64,000 bases of DNA from Dipteris shenzhenensis (lineage: Eukaryota). Each line of letters opens with the position of its first letter. Positions within the stretch are counted from its first letter, which is position 1. The DNA lies in assembly GCA_047967505.1 (NCBI GenBank), contig CM106538.1; one strand, written 5' to 3'. The translations under genes were made by a program, and so were the position numbers. Positions 24,601-38,800 of the stretch are shown piece after piece. Below the pieces are notes generated by a model. That model saw only the letters and a list, made by a program, of their open reading frames with translations. It was not told the DNA's origin and did no database searches.

Positions 24601-25538
24601 AATTGGGATGGTTACTAGTGGATCAATCATTGGTGTGCTTTCATTTTGGGTGCAAATGGCCTTGCGAAAAATTCTCGACAATAAGGTGCCAACTACATAG
24701 ACCATCCATCATTAGGATAATCTTCACTTCTCGAAACATTTTCGAGGCTTTTGTTACCTCTATGCTTGAATCTCCACCTTGGCTTAGCTCTAGGTTGGGT
24801 GACGTGCTTGGTGATGCCTCTCCTTGCTTTTGCAAGGCATGTGCTTGTTCTATTGTGTGTTCAGTACTCTATGGGAACTCCACTATAGGAGCCTTACCCT
24901 TTATCCCTTGCCACTTTTGATGCGTCTTAATTTTGCTCCTCGATTTTATGTCCTTTCCTTTTGATGGCGTCCTCCCCATGCTTGCTACCATTCCCTTGTA
25001 TTGGGTTACTTCATTGACGTCTATTGACTTACATACCTCTATTAAAATTGCTCAACATTCAACATATGGATCTACTTCACTTCTTTTGGAGTTGTGGTCA
25101 TATTCTTCACAAAAGCAGCACTAGATCTTTCTCTGTGTCCTCTCAATGTGAGTTGCTGCTTCCTTGACCTCTTGGTCCATACCCTCTTTCTCTTCATTGG
25201 TCAAAACAGCATGGTCTATAGTCTTTCGGCTTTGCTCCTTGAGTGACCTAGCTGATGTCAACTATTCGCTTGTACCAACATTTCAAGCAATCACGCCGTG
25301 CTTTGCACAAGCATCGCTTCTCGCTAACTCTGAGTCTTCCTCGAATGCCTAGATCTTGAAGCACCTTCTTGAGTTGTGCTAGCAATGCTTCCTTTTTTGT
25401 TGGGAGCAAGTTGTCCTCCTCCTAGCATTCCTCGATGATCTTCTTTTTCTTGGGATTGACTATTCCACTCTCCTCTAAAGCAATGGCTCTGATTGAGGAG
25501 TTCCTTGTAGTTCTTTGTTGGGTTAACTATCTCCCAGG
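21700..25538 (-). mobile_element. Heavily decayed Ty3/Gypsy internal region; probably continues at ~28006-28330
   Basis: Integrase CQRM...FQRWGLDFMGPF (22784-23089); RT and RNase H remnants at ~23400-24400; many stops; boundaries approximate. Confidence 0.7.
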
Positions 25539-28000
25539 TGTTGGGATATATGTGATCAAGGGCTTGCTAGGTGCATGTGTGCATCCACTAGCAATCGTAT
25601 GGCTGTGTGTGTGTGTGTAGAAGAGCCACACTTAGTGCCATAGACCACGACACAAGTGATGATGTAATGCAAAGGCTCCCACATGGGGTGGTGCCTATGA
25701 TTGTGGAGTTCCTATGACTTAGGAGCTAACTCCATTGATGTAGTAGAGGTGCCATTGATTTAGGACACCCTCTCTCCATTTCTATAAAAGAAGGACTTCT
25801 CTCTCACAATGAATATAACACCCATTTGAATATCTCATGTGTTCTCACTCACCTCCATGATGAAGCTCTTCTCTCTCCCCAAGTTCCAACATTTGGTAAC
25901 AGAGCCTCCTTGAGTCGCTAGCCCATTGTAGCTTCAATATGCCACCTCATCATCTTCTTCTCCACCCTCCATCTTCTTCTTCATTTCTGTCCTCTTTCTC
26001 TTCAAATTTTGCTTAGCTCCGTTCTCCTCCATTAAGCGACCATTCCCAAAGCCCTCTGAGTTGAAGTTTCCTCTACTTAGGACGCACCTTTGAGACCAAG
26101 CAATTAGAGAGAGATACCCTCTACAACCCGTGCCGACACGATCTCTGCTCGCCAAAATTTTAAACAATTCCACCTACTAATACAATATTTCACCAATTCC
26201 TCTTAGCCATGGGTGGGCGATACTATGAGCTTGCTACTCATGAAATTTGGACTCAAATGCTTGTTGGAATAAGGAGAAACAAGCAAAAGACCAATCGGAG
26301 AAGGCACTACTGCCATGAGCAATGCTGCGTATCTTTTTGGCAATCCTCTGCTGAAAGTAGTCCTCAGTAAGAACTTCCATTTTCCTTTAAAAGCCCTCTC
26401 AAAGCTTTTTTCTTCAACTTCAATTGCACCCTCCAATTTCAGAGTCCTCAATTTGGGAGTAACAGTGATATCTGCTTCTAAGATGAACCGTTGAATATGA
26501 TTAAGTGCTAGAAAGTTTCATTATTATCTCAATTATCTCTAGTCTTTTGGATGTTTGACCGTTGGAAGTGATTTGAGGCATTTTTAGTCTTATCTTTGGA
26601 GCACTGTCCTGCAGTTTGACAGTTTTGGTAAATGCTCATAATGCATTTATGATTTGAATATGCTTGAATGCTATTTTTTGAAGCAATAGACACTGTATTT
26701 TTTAAAGCAATAGACACTGCATTTCCTTTATGCTAAGAGTTTGGGGTATCTAACTCTCTCCAACCAATTATACTTGTGGAGAAGGAGACTTCTTTGTAAG
26801 GGGCTAGACACTGCCACATTAGTGATAAGTCCTTCCCAATATGCCTTCATCACATTGTTCCTCAACATTGATTATGTATCTCAGAGGAAAGCATTCTAAA
26901 AGAAGCCTAGAATGAGAGTAAAGTTTGTAATGGTGGATATTTCATCAAGGTGAACACCAAGAAAAAGATATGTGCCTTTTGTGGAGTATGCAATCATACT
27001 ATGGAGTATTGCCACCTGAAAAGGTTTTCTCTACAGCTGCTCTCCAAGAGACAAGCCCAAGAAGAGAAGAGGAATGACTCCCGAAAGAATGAAGCATTTT
27101 ATGTGAAAAAGAGCTGCATCAACAACAAAGAAAATCTTGCTGAAGGAAAGACTGCATCAACAAATGAAGAATCAAACTTTGTGGTAGAAGATAAAGACTA
27201 TGCCTTTTCAGCACTTTGTCTTTTGAATTTTATTTATCATCACTTTGTCCAATTTTGAGGTTCTCTGCCTGGAATAGTACTCCAAAAAGAATGTTATGTG
27301 TTTTGTCTTTTGTAAATCACCTCTGGTCACCATATGATGTAAGCCATGTGATGTGTGTTTGCTCCCATGGTACCTCTTGCAAACATGAGAAACTAGGTCC
27401 ACACAAAGGCCTATGATTAATCCTTGTACATGCAAGAGAACCATTTGAGAGTGATCTATCCCATTTTTGTAAACCTTAACCCTTAGGACACCTTTGCTAG
27501 CATGAGATCCTAGCCATAGATTCATTCTTAACCACCATGAGATGGCATGAAAAACTATGTAGATTTATCCTTGACCACCATGAGATGACATGAGAAACTA
27601 TGACTAGATGAATCCTTGTCATAGCAAGAGGCAAATCCTTAAGGGGAGCTATGTTGGGATATATGTGATCAAGGCCTTGCTAGGTGCATGTGTGCATCCA
27701 CTGACAATCATATGATTGTGTTTATGTAGAAGAGGCACACTTAGTACCATAGACCATGACACAAGTGATGATGTAATGCAAAGGTCTCCACATGGGGTGG
27801 TGCCTATGATTGTGGAGTTCCTATGAGTTAGGAGCTACCTCCATCGATGTAGGAGAGGTGCCATTGATTTAGGACACCCTCTCTCCATTTCTATAAAAGA
27901 GGGACTTCCCTCTCACAATGAATAGAACACCCATTTGAATATCTCATGTATTCTCACTCACCTCCATGATGAAGCTCTCCTCTCTCCCCAAGTTCCAACA
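25539..28000 (+). mobile_element. Non-autonomous LTR retrotransposon (2.46 kb, TRIM/LARD-like, gag remnant only)
   Basis: LTRs 25539-25891 and 27652-28000 (TGTTGG...CCAACA); primer-binding site TGGTAACAGAGC at 25894-25905; polypurine tract AAGGGGAG at 27641-27648; TSD CCAGG/CAAGG (1 mismatch); zinc knuckle CAFCGVCNHTMEYC. Confidence 0.92.
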
Positions 28001-28369
28001 CAAGGAACTAAGACCCATGTTTGTACCACTAAGAATTCAAGTGTGCATCGCTTTGTCATCGGGCAACGTGCTCAATTGATTGATTAGAGCTTTCATGTTC
28101 CAACACAAAAACTTGAACTACATCCTCTTTCTTCTACTTCAAGTCATCGAGCTTGGTTCAGACATCTTCCTCATTGAATTCTTGACAAAACCATCTCAAG
28201 AAGGTTTCCAACATGTGGTGCCAATCCAAGAAGTGTCCAATGTGAAACTAGTTGAACCACCTCTATATTGTCTTCGTCAACATGCACAAGCACTTCATAT
28301 ACTAGTCCCTGGTGTGGCTCCATTAGTAGTCTTGCAATTGGATGCATAGATATTCATCCTTAGGTAAAG

Positions 28370-31300
28370 ATTTATATTAATGTGCTAGGATGCTTTTGCA
28401 TTAGTTCGCACCACCTTGGAGCCCGGGGTGCATTCTTTCCTGCTTCTCGTACTTCAATCATTTGAATGCTGCCCACAGATTGCCTCGTACGCTTTTGGAT
28501 CGAGGGTCCTCTCAGCCCAGTCTTATTGAATTTTTTAAATCCTAAGCTTTGGTGCACCTTTGCTCTAAGTCTTCAATCATAGCCTCCTATACTCGTGGTT
28601 GTGTGCATGCCTCAACCCTAGGCTTTGCCTACCTTCCTCTTAGCGCATTGGTCTCAATCAGAGACGCGCAGCGATTTAATACGCCATTCACGACTAGATG
28701 CGTGTCCCGACTCAAGGCTAGACACCCTTATTGTTTCTACATGATCTCACTCATGGCATGGCTATTACATCACTTCCTCATTGAATTGAGCATGCCCCAC
28801 TCATAGCTTGGCTAGTACTCAGTTTCCTTCCACTGTTCCTGAGATATAGGACACTCCCACAATAAGTGCATGTGTGTCTCCCTAAAGTTGTTGCAGAATG
28901 GGCATTGTGGCTGTATTCTCGGGTTCCACTTGGCCAGTCTTGCTCTAGTAAGAAGCTTACCCATTAATACCCTCCAAATCAGGAAATTTAATTTGAAGGA
29001 TGGAGTCAATTTCCAGCTCCTCCTCACTCTCATTTCCAGGTGGATTCACTGTCCATTGACACATGAAACTTCCAATGGGCCTTTGCCATCAGGGCAGCGT
29101 CATTGCCTTATCTGTCTTTGAAGTCCTGCAGGGTCAGTTTGGAGAATTCCTTTCTTGTCTTCCATAAGAAGCCTTTGAAATCCTTAGTCTGCATGAAGAC
29201 ATGGCTCGTTGGCCAATCCGTTTTGAAATTATTGATCCACCTGCATTAGTGTCTTCATGCATAGAATGTCATTCTTTTCTTTCATTCTCACCAACCCAAT
29301 GCCTCCTTCTTCCTTTGCTCTATAAAGAGCAGATCAGCACTGAATGCATGCCATCTTCCCTCCCAAACAAAGTTATTGATGCATTTGTCCACCTTTCTCA
29401 AACAATTTTTTGAGAATGGTATTAAAGACAACACATAGACTAAAACTGACTCCAGCACATGTTTAACTACTATTAGTCTTCCTGTGAGTGAGTGTTTTGC
29501 CCAACCATTTGTCAAACTTTGCTTTGATTCTTTGAAACGCCCATTCGAATTGATCCTTCAAACTCACTCCTACTCCGATCAGGCAGCCAAGGTACCAGAT
29601 TATCTGACCTTTTGGGACCCACTTAAAGTCAAACATGTCCAACCATTGGGGCTGCTCAGTCGCTTCTGTTTTAATGTTTTGAGTTTCGAACCAGACAATT
29701 CTGCAAATTCATTAAAGACCTCCATTAAATTCTCAATGTTTTCTTCAGACCCCTCCAAGAGGCTCGTGTTATCATCTGCAAAAAAATGTGCAATAATTTG
29801 TACCGTCGCAGAGCAATAGCCCCTTCAGTGACCCTCTGTTCTGGTGCCAGTCTATTTGGCTCAATAGTGGCTCAATTAATATGGCAAATAGAAGGGGTGC
29901 CAGTGGACATCCTTGCCTAACTGATCTCTGCAACTCGAAGCTCTTGTAGTGATATCCATTGACCGCTATCTGGGCCCAGGCAAAGCATTCTGACCATACC
30001 ACAAAATTTTCCTCCAAATCCCAGAGCTATCACTGTGCATAGGATAAAATCCCATGAGACTCCGTCGTATGCTTTCTCGAAGTCCATGTTAAGCATCACA
30101 TACTGCTTGTTTTGTGCCATTGTGTAGTCTATTGCAATAAGTGCATTGAGAACTGCATCTTTGATATTTCTTCCTGTGGTGAAACCATACTGTCTCTGAT
30201 GAATAATTCTTCCCAAACTAAACTTGATTCTGTTGGCTAGTAGCTTGGCCATGATCTTATATGTTGTGCTGAGCATTGCTAGTGGTCTCCACTGATTTGG
30301 GGTTAACTTCTTGTGACTTTTGGGAATCAATTTGATAATCCCCGTGTTTAAGCTTCGAAGCATGGCTCCTTTCTTGTATAACCACTGAATCAGTTTGACC
30401 AGCTCGTTTTTGCACAGTGGCCAGAAGTGTTGGTAGAACTCTGCTGGTATCCTATCAGGACCCGGAGCTTTTTCCTTAGGCAGTTGCATTACTGTAAACC
30501 TGATTTCTTCCTCTGAGAAGGGTCTCTGTAGCATGGAGTCTTCACCGGCTATTCTGCTAAGGTGTGTCGCAAAGACATCTGCGATTTCTTTCTCTTCTGT
30601 TACTATATTTCCTGATTCATCCTGAATCATTGTAATGCAATCCCTTTTCCTTTTGTCTTTGACAGCTTTGAAGAAGAATGCACTGGGCCAATCTCCGTCT
30701 ACTAGCCATTTATGCCTCAGTTGGATGCGAGCTGCTTTGAGCTTCTCATGTTCCTGCATTCGTAGAAAAACTTCAGTAGTGCTTAGGAGTGAAGCAAAGT
30801 GACTATCTTTCAAAGAGTCCTGCAGAGCTTTAAGGAGTGAATCTCTCGCTTCTTCTGCTTCTTACTTGTTGCCTTCCTCTTTTTACATTGTTTCTCCCAA
30901 ACTCTTTAGCCACCCTAGTGACTGCCTGCATGCATTCCAACCACTTTTTTAATGGGTTTCCTTGTCTGTTAGCAGTCTTTTCCCATTCTGCAGCGATCCT
31001 AGCATCAAAATCCTTTCTCCTAATCATTGAGACATTGAGCTTGAAGGGTGGTGGCCCTTTCTTAGGTGTCGTGTCTGTCAGTAGGTCGAAATGTATTTGC
31101 AGCAGCAGATAGTGATCTGAGTCAAAGCATTCCTTCATAACTCTTCCTTGAACTCTCGGCTTTATCCAATCTCCTCTCTTAGATAGGTAGATCCTGTCTA
31201 ATCTAGCCACATGCCATGTCTCATCTGCATGTCTGTTGTGCCAGGTGAACACTCTCTTCCTTCAGTGGGTCATAGCTTATCCAATCAATTAGCTCACTAC

Positions 31301-32980
31301 TTGCTTCCAGCTGTCTCAATTTTGTTCTTTCTTGAACCGGCATATCATTGCTTTCATGAGATCTATCTTGTTCACTGCAAACATTGTTCCAGTCCCCCAT
31401 GAGTCCCACATCCTTTCCTGCAATTGTTTCCCTCGATCTATCCCATAATTCGCTCCTGGGGCGACGAGTTGTTGGGGGCATACTCCAAGGCCACTGAAAA
31501 CTGTATACAATGAAATATAATGTCTGCTAGGACAAATTCTCCCACCGGGTCAGAGATTACCGTCTTCACTTCGATCTATTCTTCCAAAAGCAAAGCCATT
31601 CCTCCCTTCATCCTCCAATGATGCAGGTCCCTCCAGGCTCCTTCCAAGGGAGTGCTTGCATGTTGGCATTCTGCATGGACAACTCCTGCATGTCGCTTTT
31701 CTCACCTGCGGGATTGCTATTCTGATCTTTTGCATGAGACTTTTTCGGTTTCTTCTCTTTTGTCTCCACCCTTTTCAGGGCACTCCCTTGCGAAATGGCC
31801 GCTTTTCCTGTAAAAGTAACAAGCACAGTGAAAATGTTGAATCGTACCTCCACAAAGAGGTTCCATCCGTTTGGAAGGTCCAACTCCAGCGCTTCTGGGA
31901 CCTCCTTTCTTCTATCCCACATTATGCATGCTTTCGGCGAAGCCCTCTTAGGTTGAATCAGTGGCATGTAGAGAACTCTCCCCATGGCCGCTGCAATCGT
32001 CGCCAGCTGTGGTAGTAGTATCTCGTTAAGTCCCTGGAAGTGGATCCAAACAGGACATTCGTGTTGAAGAACCTCCTTCGATGTGAAGGATGCGCTCCAC
32101 GGGATTGCGTAGACCAGGTTTTCCCGCTAGCCGATTGAACTTGACACCAGCCACTCTCGTTCACTAGGAGACGAAACCGTTGCTTGGAAGAATCCTCACA
32201 ATGCACACCAACGGATATCGTCCCATGAACAGCATGAAGACCCCACAGTCCAGCAGCCTGTTATACTCTCTACACAGCAATTCCGGTTGGATGTCGACCT
32301 GCATGCGCAGAATTTTCCTTACCTCTCCTGTTTGAAACCCCTCCTGTTTCCTGATGTTGATATTCTGTAAGTCATGCTCCATGCAAGCAAGGTCGATGGC
32401 ATGCAGACCATCTTGTCCAGTCTTTACTACCTCTGCAAAGGAGAAAGACGGTTCACCTACCACCTCTTCAGTTTGTTGCACCTTCCTCGGCGAGCTTTGC
32501 AACTGTTTGCTGACATTTGGCGTCTGGTTGTCCTCTCTTGGCAGCGGACATTTTGATGCAATGTGTGAGCCAGGAGGGCTCACACATTACTTCCTCATTG
32601 AAATGTGCATGCCACGGTTCTTGACTTTGTCTCTCTTCTTTTGGTCATGCCCTTCACTCCCGGCGGTTGGATGCACACCTTGACTCGGGACTCGCTCATG
32701 GCTCATCCGGTCTACCACATCATTCTTGATTGGAGGCACATCTTGATTCAAGGCTTGATGGGCTTCTCGAAGATGATGACTCAAAGGTTCCTCTTGTTAC
32801 AAGTTTCTACGCGTGGCTCACTGCATGCCTCTACATAGTAGTCTAATGATGCATCTCTTCTAGGTAATGCCTCGTGCTCTCTACTGTCGGATACCACACT
32901 CCACTCCCATTCTTTGCCTCCTATCATCCAGTCCCGGTTCTGAGTTCTTCTTAATTCCTTCCACCCTTCAAAACACACGT
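28370..32980 (-). mobile_element. L1/Tx1-like LINE (ORF1, AP endonuclease, RT, zf-RVT), decayed with internal deletions
   Basis: LMGDWN, ARLDRIY, DSDH, KAPGPD.IPAEFY, WRPLAMLST.YKIMAK, DFEKAYD, SVRQGCPLAP, CPFC...ETHMHLLWEC; ends approximate. Confidence 0.9.
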
Positions 32981-35694
32981 AGATGCGTAGGTTCTCAGAA
33001 GCTGTAGGTCTTTCTTTGACTCATAGCACTCACTTGTAGTAGTGTATCACTCCAAGCAGTTATCACATCTCGTTCCTTGTCAACATGAGCTCTTGTACGC
33101 TCAAATGATTATGCTCTCGTGTCTAGGGGCTCCTAATGCTCATTCCTCACAATCTTCCACTCTTTTACAGTAAGTCCCACCTTGACTACTAGACGTTGAC
33201 AGTCTTTTCCCCTCACTACCATGCAATCACTACTTGTATGTCTATGTGTATGCTTGTAGCCCGCTAAGATGCCCTCTCTTATTGTCATAACGCGTAAAGT
33301 GGGAGAGACCTGATAGTAAGTAGGTAGCCTAACGTCATGCTTCGACCAATGCTGCGGGTTGTAAGGGAAGCCAAGTGTCGTGTAGCGAGGGTTGTTATAA
33401 CATGGACACAAACATATGAAGACATGTGAAATGAAGAAGAATATAGATGGAAATCAAATCTTATATTACAGAAGGGGGATCTGGGCCCATATTGTGTGTC
33501 ACACTACCAAAATACAAGCAACTATGATCTCTACTCTGTGGTCTTGCTCAATACAAGCTCCAACCCTAGCTTTTAGCTCTAGCTTTCAGCTTTCTGTTAG
33601 CCCTTGCTTCGGTGTGGTCCTATCTTTTAAAGGGTGTATAGCTTTTTTATTTGTTTAGCTTGTTTTCGTTGCCCATTGCATTTCGGGTCAACATTAAAAG
33701 TCCTTGATTATAAATGACTCTTCCTGTCTACTAACATCTTTTTATTTCCCCCATTAAATTTGTAAGGGCTTCAAGTGCACAAATAAGGCAAGTCGTTTAT
33801 TAAAAATATAAAGCATGTTTCTCTTAAAAGACAACCATAGTATATTGTTATAGATTTAAATGTTAAAAGAAGTCAACTCCTACTATTTCTTGATTAGAAT
33901 TTAGATTGACAAATTTGAATTAAAAAATACCCTTAATACTACAAGCAAGCTCTTCACCATCCCAACTTCTAAAGAGAAACGAGGTAGGGCTTGTGGACTC
34001 GCAACAAGCTCTTTATGATTGCCTAGTTGGTGTGAAAAGTCAGGTCATGTATGGCGCTGCTAGACATAACATAATGCATGAACTTAGTAGTTCTCCCACA
34101 ATCTTTTCACTCTAATTGTGGTGTTATACATTGTAAATCGTTTGCAAATTTGATACAAATTACCTATATCTTATTACAATGTCAACTGACTTTCAAAATG
34201 GTCACCAAATTTCAAGAAGCTTGGACATCATCCCTCTAGAATAGAAACAAAGAAACAATATCTGCCATCTATATGACACTTGTTTGTGAGTGGTGCTAAC
34301 ATATAGGGCATCATAATGTACATTACAACATTCAAAGAAATCTCCATAAGCGCTTTCAAGTAGAGGCTTATAGCGTATACACACCACGCGCGCGCACACA
34401 TCACGATACTCTAGAGATTGCAGACGCTGTTGGTAATCAACCCTAATACCATACAAGATTGCCTTAGTATTGGGATTGAGTGGATTTCTATCATGGAAAT
34501 GCTATGACACCAAGAATGTTAGGAAAGGTTGCTTCCCTCTCCAAGTTATTACTAAAATTTGCATGCAAATATAAAAGGCTCTGATTTTAAAAAGTCCATA
34601 CATCGTTCCAAAAATATATATTGTAGATGTTCTCTAATAAGAATATTGAAAGCTTTAAAATTATGGCGATGATTTTAAAAAATTGTGGGGCACTCACACC
34701 AAACAAGAAGCATGCTTCATGAAATGCGACTTCATATTAAAAGGTTGAAATCCATTTCCATTGATGTCATTAAAGAGGTGTCAAAACTCAAAAAAGGAAC
34801 ACTATCAACTTGCAAAATGGCATAATTAATTCAGCAAAGGTAGACCAAAATCAAGGCACTCTGATGTCCAAGGACATTTTAACGTCTTTTCTCAGTAAAC
34901 TAGTGTATCCAATTTCATGCCATACAAATGTAGCATTCGCATTACTTTCAGGTAGATTTCAAAATTCAGCAATCATATATTATCATATCGAGGCAAGGAA
35001 TTACTAGTTTCCATGCGTAGCCTTCTCAACTAGGAGTTAAAAAGTCACAAATTCAAGCTAGGCAAATCTTTCCTTTATATTGATGCTAGCCCAAACCACA
35101 AGCTAGAGACACGATCACCACTATTAAGCTTGCAGACTGGTACTCTTACACGTCATATTTATGAAACACCATTGTATACTACTTGGACTATCCATAATTA
35201 CACAAAATAGCTACCATTTTACATAAAATATTAAATTGGGTGGTGAATTCTACAAATGATAAACTTAATCAATAAATATCAAATAAGGAAATGTCCTTGC
35301 TTTGTACATTCACTGATGGTACCAAGAATGTGATAAGGGCTTTGTTGAAGGAAAATTTCCTCACACCTAAAGCTCTGTGAAGTCAAGGGATAAATGACCC
35401 CTTGCCTTAGCAGCAGCAAAGAATGGACTCTCGCGAAAATGTTCAACAAAATTCAGGAAGATATTCTTGTGATTCCATGAGATATCGTTGGCATTTGAAA
35501 ATTGGCATGTCACTATAAGAGTGGTAAGTATTTCTACCACTGCACATGTAGATTTACAAACATCTCATACTACCACCAAGCTTCTCTTCCAATCTTCTTT
35601 GAAGAAACAATGGTTGGTAAGATGTATTGGTAAGGAGCTCACCAGGTTAAATTTTTCATGGCTGATATCTCTTCCCCCCATCCTCAATTCTTAC

Positions 35695-35826
35695 TCATGT
35701 TAAGAGTTCCTCTATCTCTTCCAAGCTTAAACCCTTTGTCTCAGGCACTTTGAAGATGATAAATAGTATTGCAAGCACACCGATGATCCCAAACATTGAG
35801 AATGTTGCAGCAGTACCAATTGCATC
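35695..35826 (-). CDS. VGT: VGT-like terminal coding exon (DAIGTAATF...[18 protein letters not shown])
   Basis: ttgccag acceptor; PETKG motif; TGA stop at 35695-35697. Confidence 0.9.
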   Translation of the reverse strand, partial: DAIGTAATFSMFGIIGVLAILFIIFKVPETKGLSLEEIEELLT

Positions 35827-38800
35827 CTGGCAACACAGAAATCCCTAGAATACATCACAAGCTGAATGTCCAACATGCTTAATTACACATTGTTATATCA
35901 GTCTAGCTTTACATTAATGCTCAATTGATCTAGCTCTCACATTACAAACCAGATCAACAATGAAAGGGTTGATATATTTCAATGTAAATACCTAGCAAAC
36001 GATAGTTTGCTCGCAAATACCTCCCATCTGAGGTGCATCACCACACATAAAAGTACAAAGAAAAGCAATCCAATGCAAAATCTCTATAGCCATGCATGCA
36101 GAGCATGTATGCAGCATGTGAAATGCTGTGTGCAAAATGGCCATGTGCAGGTAGGCCCATTAATCAATGTTCAGCCATCATTGTGGCTTCCTTTGAAAAT
36201 ATGAAGGGTGGAGGTAAGGCCACAAAGATCCCAAACTAAGCATCATAAATATAGAATAAAACATATGTAAGAACACTCAACTTAAGAGCTTCAAACTTAA
36301 AGCTTTGCCATATGATGGAGGAGCTTCTGCATTCGAGTTTCCCAGATGATGTTGCCGTCTATTTGCAGGGTGATAACGTTATTTTGGATCAGTTGAAGGG
36401 TGTAGAAGAATTGCAAAGGCAGGAGCAATGTTGGAGGGGACCTAAACATCGTTAACAACTATCCCATTTGCAACATGTTCCATTGAGCACAAGTCACCTC
36501 TTAAGCAATATCCTCGCTCCTCAAAATCAGGACACCATGGTCACCCCAAGGCTGTTCCTAATGCCAATGCTTAAACGCACACCCATGGCTGATATTGTCG
36601 GAAACCCTATTTGACCCTGCATCCCTCTATTTAGAGGAAATATTTGATCCAGAGCACCATTTTCCATTCCCAGGAGGTGGCCTACACCTCCCCAAGGTGA
36701 ATGAGGAGGAGAATTTGCTCGGCTGGGAATAGCAAAGTTAATTCGCCAGAAGCACAGGTTCTTTACGTTTATTGCAGAACAATTCCAGTAGGGGTGTAGA
36801 TTTGGGCTCCCCTTGGATAGAGTTTCTACACAACTGTTTCGAGGAGGAGATCATGTGTTTCTCAGGCTCCCCAAGTCCCACTAATACTAAGCTTGCTAAC
36901 AAGTGCTGTGGCCCTTACAAAGTTCTGAAGAGAGTTGGCGAGTTGCTTACCAGTTGGCACTGCCCCATCTTCTAGAATCCATAACTTTTCCACGTCTCAT
37001 TTTTTAAGAAATACTTAGGCCCTTTGGAGCAAGTCCTTGAGGAATTGTCTCCCATGGATGAAAAAGGACACATCTGGTACATTCCAGAGAAAATTATTGC
37101 ATTCAGTGACCATGTAGTAAGTCCACACACGTTAAGAAGTAAGGAATGATACAGGCTTACTTACCTCTTTTTTTCTGCTTTTTAGCTCTTGGGTTGAGGC
37201 TTGTCACTTGTATGGCTGTCTCCTTAATCTGGCGACAATCTCCTTTTGTTTTGCATAGTGCCTAAATCTCTCCCTTGAACTGAGAAGTCCTTCTCACAGA
37301 GGCAATTCCTCCCCAAAATTATCATCCTCAAGCAGCTCTATCACCATTTATTTATTTCGTCCTCAAAATATTTTGACCATCGTGGCTTAATTTCAATGTC
37401 TTCAAAGTCGTTCTTATGATCCTGTATCCTTTCTTACGTTTCTTGATCTGCTAGACCCTCCAAAGCATTCTTGCAAATTAAATATAATAGCTTGCTGGTG
37501 AGATCTCCAGAGACAACAGCATTATTTTCCCCTCTTTTGATTTGTTGTCTTTTGGAACCCAGTTCTCTTTTGGAACCAAGAACAAAGTTGAAGATTCAAC
37601 CGGAGGTCTAGCCTTGCCCTCTCTTTGAGGAGAATTCTTAACCATGTGGTCTGATAGGCCACATAGGAAGCAAGTATTTTTATCAGAGTTAAGTCAAGAG
37701 ACCAATTCTCTAAGTAGTTAGGTTGGTTCCTTATAGTCAAAAGTACCTAGTAGAGGACTTTGGCTGCCATTTGTTCTTTCTCAAAAAGAAAGACGTAGTA
37801 TTGTTTCCTCAGAAAACGTACGTTCGTAACTGTCGCCCCTCTCTAACCCAAGACTCAAGGAAAGCAATAGGGGGACTGCAACCAGGAAAAGCCCACTAAG
37901 GCATAAGTTTTCAACCAATCCATTTAGTCGTTATGGGGATCTTGATTGATGGTGATAGAGACACAAATACTTGGAGTAAAAGAAGTTGGCATTTTTTAAG
38001 GTTGATGGCCCTCAACATGAAGCTCTCGTGTATTGCTTTGTGGGCTTGGAACTCGCTTCTTGTGAATGAGTCTTCCTTTCTTCTTGTTGGTCTCTCTGCA
38101 AGGATTTTCTAATGAAGAGTCGTCCAATATTTGGGAACTAGCAAGGCCAGTAGAATGTCGTGATCCGTGGAAAGGCGTGGAGAATAACCCTCCTTTATGA
38201 GCTTGTGGCACACCTGCGTACAATGGCCATACATAGATTGTCTGTTTGCATGATTGTCACCTGGTCTTCCATATGTTGGTCTTCTGTTTGTCGCGGAGTG
38301 GAGAAATAGAGATGAATCTCCTATTTCAATCTCCCCTACAAAGGGGGAAAGAGATAGAGGTAGCGAACTGCCTAATCCACTAGAGTGAGGTTCTGTCACA
38401 TTAAGGTTGTCTTTTCCAGAAGAGAGAGGGTCAATTATAGCAAATCTAGCTCTAAATACTTGTGCGTGAGAGATTTTTGGAGGGAGGAGAGGAAAAAGAA
38501 CGGTTGTCCCATCTGAGTCAACCTCCATCCCTTCCTCCGAGATTGTTTTAAAATTTTTTGCTTTGCCAATTGGAAATAGTTCGTCAAGGACATCCGAGCC
38601 GATTCTTGACACCATAGTACATGGGCTATCTTTACAGAAAATTCTTCGAGCTAGTACAAGGCACCACTGAATCATTTAACTACTCCGTAAATCACTTGAT
38701 TCAAGTGGCCATCCACTTGTAGGTTTCAACTTTCACACAAGGACTGGATCAATAAGTTTTTTTCATGGTCTTCAGTATGACACTTATGATATGTTTGCAG

